Source of the DNA: a virus
Taxonomy: Duplodnaviria > Heunggongvirae > Uroviricota > Caudoviricetes
Reading direction: 5' to 3' (one strand)
IMG/VR virus record: IMGVR_UViG_2740892118_000012
Coordinates: 1 to 46,795 of that record
Length of the DNA stretch: 46,795 nucleotides
The position numbers were made by a program, and so were the translations under genes. The stretch's first letter is position 1; the number at the start of each line of letters is the position of its first letter. The notes beneath the pieces were generated by a model. That model was given only the letters and a program-made list of their open reading frames with translations. It ran no database searches and was not told the origin of the DNA. Positions 40,922 through 46,795 of the stretch are shown in pieces.

Positions 40922-41401
40922 ATGAAAATCTGCTCAAGATGCCATCAACCGAAGGAAGAAAGGGACTTTCAAATCAGAAGAGCATCCAGAGATGGATTAA
41001 CTGCCGCTTGTCGGGCTTGCCTGGCTGAATATGACAAAGAGCGCGCGGGATTGCCACATCGAGTATCAGCAAGGAGAGAATATCAATCATCGGAACGCGG
41101 CAGAGAACGGTGTAACGCAGCCAAAAAGCGGTTCATTCAGAGCAACCCATGGAAAAGAAAAGCCCACATCATCGTGGGTAATTTTTTGCGCGACGGTAAG
41201 CTAATCCGACCACCACAATGTGAGTGCTGCGGATCAGAATGTAAACCACAGGCGCACCAATGCGACTACAGCAAACCAACCGATGTGATGTGGCTCTGCA
41301 AGTCATGTCATGTCGAGTGGCACAAACATAACAAACCTATCTACCCAGACGAGGAGCCAGTAACTCTCCCCTTCCCTCGTCACGCTATTCACGCAATTTA
41401 A
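40922..41401 (+). CDS. Cys/His-rich protein, possible HNH-endonuclease-like zinc-binding protein
   Basis: 159 aa with CxxC pairs and 'LCKSCHVEWHKH'. Confidence 0.45.
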   Translation: MKICSRCHQPKEERDFQIRRASRDGLTAACRACLAEYDKERAGLPHRVSARREYQSSERGRERCNAAKKRFIQSNPWKRKAHIIVGNFLRDGKLIRPPQCECCGSECKPQAHQCDYSKPTDVMWLCKSCHVEWHKHNKPIYPDEEPVTLPFPRHAIHAI

Positions 41402-41414
41402 TCAGGAGAAAATC

Positions 41415-41708
41415 ATGCCAGCGCCTCAGTATGGTGCGGATGACCCGCGCCGCTGTTCCGGCAATTCCGTATCGGAGGTGCTGGATAAATTCAGAAAAAA
41501 CTACGACCTGATAATGTCGCTACCGCAGGAAACGAAAGAGGAAAAGGAATTTCGCCATTGTATATGGCTTGCAGAGAAAGAAGAACGAGAGCGAATTTAC
41601 CAGACATCAATCCGACCATTCCGCAAAGCCACATACACCCACTTCCCTGAAATTGACCCGCGCCTGCGTAATTACCGCTCACGCTATGGCGCTATCAGTA
41701 ATGACTGA
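41415..41708 (+). CDS. Hypothetical protein (97 aa)
   Basis: ORF in early-left operon. Confidence 0.45.
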   Translation: MPAPQYGADDPRRCSGNSVSEVLDKFRKNYDLIMSLPQETKEEKEFRHCIWLAEKEERERIYQTSIRPFRKATYTHFPEIDPRLRNYRSRYGAISND

Positions 41709-41883
41709 GGAATTTACCATGAGAGGACTTGCATACAATCCCGGCATTCTTCCGGCAGAAATGATTATTCGCCAACGCGTAAAGCCAATGCCATCGAGAG
41801 AGGAATTGCTTAAGAGAAATTCTTTTCCATCAGTGAATCAAAACAAATATCTGAATGCGATGTGGCGGAGTGGGAAAAAATGA
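41702..41883 (+). CDS. Small hypothetical protein (~60 aa)
   Basis: ATGA-type overlap with upstream gene; an alternative ATG at 41720 has RBS GAGGAA. Confidence 0.35.
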
Positions 41884-42461
41884 AACAAATGACACTAATT
41901 GAGATGGATGGATTTCTGAAAGGTAAATGCATCCCATGTGATTTAAAGGTTAACGAAACAAACGCTGAATATCTTGTGCGTAAGTTCGGTGAACTTGAAT
42001 CAAAACTAGAAACGGCGTTGCGGGAGTGTAGTTCTGCTGGAATCACGATTGACAACATTGAAGCCAAGTGCGAGGCGCTGGCTGTGGAGAATGAGGAGAT
42101 GAAGTCTCTGCTGGCGATAAATTTATCAAATATCGCAAAACTGAAGCGATACGAGCTTGATATGGGTGGTTGCGACTCGTGCGGTCAGGATTGTGGTGCA
42201 GATATGAGCGAAGACCCTGATGGTGAATTTGTCATGTTAGACGATGTTGCTAGGCTGTTTCAGTTTGATACAACCACCAAGAAGTTAGAAACCCCAGCCA
42301 CCGACGCATTCCTGGCTGAAGTGAGGGCGCAGGCGCGTACTGACTTCATCGGTCGCATAGAGTGGATTATCCGTAACGAATGCAACCCAGATAAGACAGA
42401 AACAATTCTCAATGAGTTGCAATCGTTCGCCGACCAGCTTCGCAAAGGAGGCAACCAGTGA
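41880..42461 (+). CDS. Hypothetical protein (~193 aa), coiled-coil-like
   Basis: Start ATG overlapping upstream stop (ORF track begins at 41862). Confidence 0.45.
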   Translation: MKQMTLIEMDGFLKGKCIPCDLKVNETNAEYLVRKFGELESKLETALRECSSAGITIDNIEAKCEALAVENEEMKSLLAINLSNIAKLKRYELDMGGCDSCGQDCGADMSEDPDGEFVMLDDVARLFQFDTTTKKLETPATDAFLAEVRAQARTDFIGRIEWIIRNECNPDKTETILNELQSFADQLRKGGNQ

Positions 42462-42982
42462 GCAAGATTGATTATCAAGCACTGCGTGAGGCGGCGGAAA
42501 AGGCGACTCCTGGCCGCTGGGAATACTGCCAGGGAAACACGAGCATTGAATATAACGTTGACTCAATGGATGAAGATCAGGGTTCAATCGTTTATGTCGA
42601 CAGCGGTGATTTCACGCAAAAGCAGACTGACCTGAATGGAGCTTTCATAGCCTCCGCTAACCCTGCCACCGTGCTGGCACTGCTGGATGAACGGGAAAGA
42701 AACCAGCAATACATCAAAAACCGTGATCAGGAGAACGAGGATATTGCGCTAACGGTAGGGAAGCTGCGTGTTGAGCTGGAAGCAGAAAAACAGCGGGCAA
42801 AAGTTCTATTTATGGAAAATGCTCGGCTTAAGTCAGGTATAGCCGGTCTGATACACCTCGGTATTCGATATGCAGATGTTGATGTCATGAAAATTGCTGG
42901 AGATGCCCAGCTTTCTACCCCATGCACTGACAGCATCATAAACAGCATTGCAACAGGCATTCGCATCAACGGAGGTGAGTAG
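42458..42982 (+). CDS. Ead/Ea22-like protein
   Basis: 174 aa with 'TPGRWEYCQGNTSIEYN...GSIVYVDSGDF...NGAFIASANPATVLALLDE', as in lambdoid Ea22/Ead-family proteins. Confidence 0.5.
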   Translation: MSKIDYQALREAAEKATPGRWEYCQGNTSIEYNVDSMDEDQGSIVYVDSGDFTQKQTDLNGAFIASANPATVLALLDERERNQQYIKNRDQENEDIALTVGKLRVELEAEKQRAKVLFMENARLKSGIAGLIHLGIRYADVDVMKIAGDAQLSTPCTDSIINSIATGIRINGGE

Positions 42983-43155
42983 TGCGTGTGGCATGTATTG
43001 GCTTGTTACCGTACCCGACTCGTTTTTGGGCTTCTGCGCTAATTGCAAAGCCACAGGTCCTGATGGCTGACAACATCACCCCAGCACCAAAGCGCCGCCA
43101 TACCGGTATTGCAGCGGCACGACGAGCAGCAAAGAGACGCAGGAGAGCAAAGCGA

Positions 43156-43332
43156 TGAAAAACCGTAAGGCAAAACGACTTTTTTTACAGCGACCTGTGC
43201 GTGTGGTGGAGCTGGTTATTAGCAACCATAAGATAGCGGTACTCCATCCATTTGGTCAGGTGGCTTTTGCCGCAAAGCGTAAGCCTACTGCGTCACAGAA
43301 CAGGCGGAAGAAAGGGTACGCAGTAAGATGAA
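43156..43332 (+). CDS. Small basic protein (58 aa), paralog 1 of a tandem pair (MKNRKAK...)
   Basis: 'MKNRKAKRLFLQRPVRVVELVISNHKIAVLHPFGQVAFAAKRKPTASQNRRKKGYAVR'; start shares a near-identical ~20-nt initiation region with the next gene. Confidence 0.35.
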
Positions 43333-43516
43333 AAACCGTAAAGCAAAGATTCTGTTAGTTCGTAGAAACGCTCCTGGCGTCTGGCAGTGGGTGAGACTCA
43401 GCAACCGACGGATGGGGTTGATGAAATATTACGGGATGATGGATTGTGGTTTTTGCAAAAAGCCCAGCGCGGCGCAAAACCGCTGGAAAAACCATTTGCG
43501 CACTAAAGGAGAGTGA
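43328..43516 (+). CDS. Small basic protein (62 aa), paralog 2 (MKNRKAK...)
   Basis: ORF-track ORF 'MKNRKAKILLVRRNAPGVWQWVRLSNRRMGLMKYYGMMDCGFCKK...'. Confidence 0.45.
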   Translation: MKNRKAKILLVRRNAPGVWQWVRLSNRRMGLMKYYGMMDCGFCKKPSAAQNRWKNHLRTKGE

Positions 43517-43517
43517 T

Positions 43518-44033
43518 ATGGCGTTAACACACCGCGAACTCTGTCAGATTGCGTACAAGTTCCTTAAGCGCAACGGGTTCAAGGTTTGTTTTCATGACCG
43601 CTTTATAGCTGTAACCAGTACCGGAGAACAGCCAGATGCTATGGGGTTCAGAAATTCAGCATCATGCCTGATAGAGGCGAAGTGTTCTCGTGCTGATTTG
43701 TTGGCAGATAGAAAAAAGCGTTTTCGTAAAAATCCGTCTCTTGGAATGGGCGACTGGCGATTCTTTATTAGTGAGCCGGGAATTATTTCAATTGAGGATT
43801 TACCACCTGGCTGGGGATTACTTCACGTTGTTAACGGAAGAGTACGGAAAGTACATGGGTGGCCCAAGGGTAATTGCTGTTGGGGTAACCCTGAAGATAA
43901 ACCTTTTATTGGGAATAAGCAGGTTGAATGCGATTACATGTTATCTGCATTAAGGCGCATGGAGTTGAGAGGGCACCTTAATGAAATATATGACGGTGTA
44001 ATTGTTAATAAGAAAGAAGGAAACGCGGCATGA
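43518..44033 (+). CDS. Hypothetical protein (171 aa)
   Basis: ATG at 43518 with RBS GGAG (ORF track begins upstream at 43446). Confidence 0.5.
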   Translation: MALTHRELCQIAYKFLKRNGFKVCFHDRFIAVTSTGEQPDAMGFRNSASCLIEAKCSRADLLADRKKRFRKNPSLGMGDWRFFISEPGIISIEDLPPGWGLLHVVNGRVRKVHGWPKGNCCWGNPEDKPFIGNKQVECDYMLSALRRMELRGHLNEIYDGVIVNKKEGNAA

Positions 44034-44875
44034 TCACTATTACCAATAAGAAACAGTATCCCAGCGAGCAATATCTTAATGAGCTGATCACCAACATAGA
44101 GTTTGCTGCAAGGGCACCAGTTGAAGTCGTGAGAGCAATGGCAGCAGAGCTACAGAAGCGGCGCGAAGCTGATAGCGCAGAACCAGTTGCTTATATTTTC
44201 AAACATCCGGCCGGGAAATTATTCTGGGCTTTAACGGATGAAAGTAATAAAGAGCAAGCGGACGTTATTCCTGTTTATGCCGCCCCTCCAGTGCCAGTAG
44301 TACCTGCTGCATTACCTGAGAACGACGATGAGGACGGTCATGACATTGATTATCTTGAGCCATCTGAAGTTTACTCGCTTGGGCGAACAGCTGGCTGGAA
44401 CGCCTGCCGTGCTGCCATGCTTCATGGTGCCGAACCTGTAAGCCAAACTTACAACTTGCCACAAACGCACTTTGAACAGGTTGCTGACCTTTACGAAATG
44501 CAATTTGATGACGGACGCACTTGTGCCTTTCATACTGATGCGCAAAAGGCTGCGCAATGGCTTCGGGCATGCGACGGAAACAGGGTTCAGGAATACGTGA
44601 AACTGGAGCGACTGCAGAACGCGATATCGGGCAACTCTCCGGTAATTCCGGATGGTTGGATAAGCTGTAGTGAGCGAATGCCAGAAAAGAACCAGAACGT
44701 ACTTATTTCGGTGAATTTCGATAGTGATCTGGTTGAGCCGCTAATATGCTCCGCACGCTATACAGGAAGCACATTCCGGCGAGGAGAAGCAACGATTAAG
44801 CCGGGTAATGGTATTGAGCAGGCAACTCACTGGATGCCTCTACCAGAACCGCCTCAGGAGGTTAACCGTGGCTAA
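44030..44875 (+). CDS. Hypothetical protein with C-terminal DUF551-like region
   Basis: 281 aa; C-terminal 'DGWISCSERMPE...ATHWMPLPEPP' typical of DUF551 proteins of lambdoid early regions. Confidence 0.5.
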   Translation: MITITNKKQYPSEQYLNELITNIEFAARAPVEVVRAMAAELQKRREADSAEPVAYIFKHPAGKLFWALTDESNKEQADVIPVYAAPPVPVVPAALPENDDEDGHDIDYLEPSEVYSLGRTAGWNACRAAMLHGAEPVSQTYNLPQTHFEQVADLYEMQFDDGRTCAFHTDAQKAAQWLRACDGNRVQEYVKLERLQNAISGNSPVIPDGWISCSERMPEKNQNVLISVNFDSDLVEPLICSARYTGSTFRRGEATIKPGNGIEQATHWMPLPEPPQEVNRG

Positions 44876-44975
44876 CCTGCAACTTGCCGTCAAAGGTGAA
44901 TAACAATCCTCGCACTCGCGGGGATTTCTTTTATCTGAACTCGCTACGGCTGGTTTTGTTTTATGGAGACAAGAA

Positions 44976-45320
44976 ATGTCAGATTTGGCTATGAAGGTTT
45001 TGAAATGGCAATCGACTGGCGATGTCGGCATCAGTAGCGCAACTCTTGCCTCAATCGCGTGTGGACTGAAAAAGAATATCTATGGTCATCACTTCGGCGC
45101 TCCCCATGACGCAGCCGATTTCCGACGATGCGTTGCACTGGTTGAGCAGATCCCAGAAATCAGAGATTCATTCGACAAGGTTGCAAAGCGCGTTCCGACA
45201 TTCAAAGGCATCCTCAACGAATGGGATTCCCTCGTTGCTCTGTTGAAGTCTGAAATGAAGATACACGGAAACAAAGCACCAGAGACTTACAGAAGAATCA
45301 GCGAGTTACGCAAGGACTAA
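44976..45320 (+). CDS. Hypothetical protein (114 aa)
   Basis: ORF upstream of xis. Confidence 0.45.
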   Translation: MSDLAMKVLKWQSTGDVGISSATLASIACGLKKNIYGHHFGAPHDAADFRRCVALVEQIPEIRDSFDKVAKRVPTFKGILNEWDSLVALLKSEMKIHGNKAPETYRRISELRKD

Positions 45321-45410
45321 CCACAGCCTCACACTCGATGAGTCCTGTTCATTGCTCAATGATATCCAGACCTACCGCAATAATACCAATTCAATAAATG
45401 GAGATTCCAG

Positions 45411-45758
45411 GTGGAAGAAGAAATCTTCACTCGTGAAGAGGCGGCGTCGTATCTGAAGGTAGACAAAGGCACTATCACGCAGTGGATACGAAGTGGACGA
45501 CTTCAGGCCGCAAAGATAAATCCAGATAAACCTAAAAGCCCATATCGCATTTGCAAGTCAGACTGCATTGCGGCGCTTAAGTCTGTGAGACACAATAGCG
45601 CGGTGAATGCGGTTGATGTGCAGGAGGTTAAAGCATGTCAATCAAACTACGCGGTGGCACGTGGCACTGCGATTTCGTCGCGCCAGATGGATCAAGAGTT
45701 AGACGCTCTCTTGAAACATCGGACAAAAGGCAAGCGCAAGAACTTCACGATCGTCTGA
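45411..45758 (+). CDS. xis: Excisionase (HTH DNA-binding, Xis)
   Basis: 'TREEAASYLKVDKGTITQWIRSGRLQAAK' HTH; immediately upstream of and overlapping int, as in lambda/P22. The 3' end in the overlap is uncertain. Confidence 0.6.
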   Translation: MEEEIFTREEAASYLKVDKGTITQWIRSGRLQAAKINPDKPKSPYRICKSDCIAALKSVRHNSAVNAVDVQEVKACQSNYAVARGTAISSRQMDQELDALLKHRTKGKRKNFTIV

Positions 45759-46795
45759 AAGCAGAAGCGTGGAGAGTAAAAAATCTCGGGGAATCACCGA
45801 AAAAGCTATTCAAGGAAGCCTGCATACGGTGGCTTCGTGAGAAATCGGATAAGAAGTCCATTGATGATGACAAGAGCATTATATCGTTCTGGATGTTGCA
45901 CTTCAGAGAAACCATTCTCTCAGACATAACAACAGAAAAAATAATGGAGGCGGTAGACGGGATGGGAAACCGCCGCCATCGCCTGAACTGGGAAATGAGC
46001 CGGGACAGGTGTTTGCGACTTGGTAAGCCAGTGCCGGAGTATAAACCAAAGCTGGCAAGCAAAGGAACGAAGACGCGGCATCTGGCAATACTTCGCGCTA
46101 TTCTCAATATGGCTGTTGAATGGGGATGGCTTGACAGGGCGCCCAAAATATCAACACCACGCGTTAAGAATGGACGAATCAGATGGCTTACAGAGGAGGA
46201 ATCGAAGCGCCTGTTTGCAGAAATTGCTCCTCATTTCTTCCCTGTGGTCATGTTTGCAATCACGACAGGCCTTCGCCGTTCCAACGTTACAGACCTTGAG
46301 TGGTCACAGGTAGATCTGGATAAGAAAATGGCATGGATGCACCCTGATGAAACAAAAGCTGGCAATGCGATCGGAGTTCCTCTTAACGAAACCGCATGCC
46401 AGATATTAAGAAAACAGCAGGGTCTCCATAAGAGATGGGTGTTTGTCCACACCAAACCTGCCTACCGAAGCGACGGAACAAAAACAGCAGCGGTAAGGAA
46501 GATGAGAACCGACAGCAACAAGGCATGGAAGGGAGCGTTAAAGCGGGCAGGCATTAGCAACTTCCGCTTCCATGACCTGAGGCATACCTGGGCAAGCTGG
46601 CTGGTTCAGTCCGGTGTCTCTCTTCTTGCACTTAAAGAGATGGGAGGATGGGAAACTCTCGAAATGGTTCAAAGATACGCCCACCTTTCAGCCGGGCATC
46701 TCACCGAGCACGCGAGCAAAATCGATGCGATTATAAGTCGCAATGGCACAAATACGGCACAAGAGGAGAACGTAGTTTACTTAAATGTGAGGTAA
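45635..46795 (+). CDS. int: Tyrosine integrase (P22 Int-like, lambda integrase family)
   Basis: 386 aa; '...KRQAQELHDRLKAEAWRV...KSIDDDKSII...RRHRLNW...FRFHDLRHTWASWLVQSGVSLLALKEMGGWETLEMVQRYAHLSAGHLTEHA' matches recalled P22 Int with catalytic R, H-x-x-R and Y; stop at window end. Confidence 0.9.
   Translation: MSIKLRGGTWHCDFVAPDGSRVRRSLETSDKRQAQELHDRLKAEAWRVKNLGESPKKLFKEACIRWLREKSDKKSIDDDKSIISFWMLHFRETILSDITTEKIMEAVDGMGNRRHRLNWEMSRDRCLRLGKPVPEYKPKLASKGTKTRHLAILRAILNMAVEWGWLDRAPKISTPRVKNGRIRWLTEEESKRLFAEIAPHFFPVVMFAITTGLRRSNVTDLEWSQVDLDKKMAWMHPDETKAGNAIGVPLNETACQILRKQQGLHKRWVFVHTKPAYRSDGTKTAAVRKMRTDSNKAWKGALKRAGISNFRFHDLRHTWASWLVQSGVSLLALKEMGGWETLEMVQRYAHLSAGHLTEHASKIDAIISRNGTNTAQEENVVYLNVR

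Overview
This 46.8 kb window holds two mobile elements abutting at a tRNA-Thr attachment core. (1) Positions ~1-7776: the integrase-proximal end of a tRNA-linked genomic island, with a P4-type tyrosine integrase (6429-7613, -) about 160 bp from a 46-nt partial tRNA-Thr 3' fragment (7777-7822). Its cargo is strongly AT-rich by eye and includes a translationally coupled three-gene cassette (1-4882, +): a 1091-aa protein with a histidine-kinase-like ATPase C-terminus, a stand-alone receiver-domain protein, and a receiver domain fused to an alpha/beta-hydrolase-like domain with a C-terminal hydrophobic anchor. The architecture matches the Detocs defensive two-component family as I recall it, but with a hydrolase/membrane effector instead of the characterised PNP nucleosidase; this is the best candidate for a poorly described system. 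A convergent orphan 321-aa gene (5362-6327) sits beside the integrase. (2) Positions ~7823-46795: a near-complete mosaic lambdoid prophage with P22-type integration and morphogenesis genes (int/xis, terminase gp3/gp2, portal, scaffold, coat, gp4, gp10, needle gp26, gp14, ejection proteins gp7/gp20/gp16, mnt, tailspike) and lambda-type regulation and lysis (N with nutL, cI, cro, cII, nin region, Q, pR'/6S/tR', S, R, Rz/Rz1). No rRNA, CRISPR array, IS element or intact tRNA was seen. All product calls rest on recalled motifs and recalled reference protein sequences, not on a database search, and hand-derived coordinates may be off by a few nucleotides.
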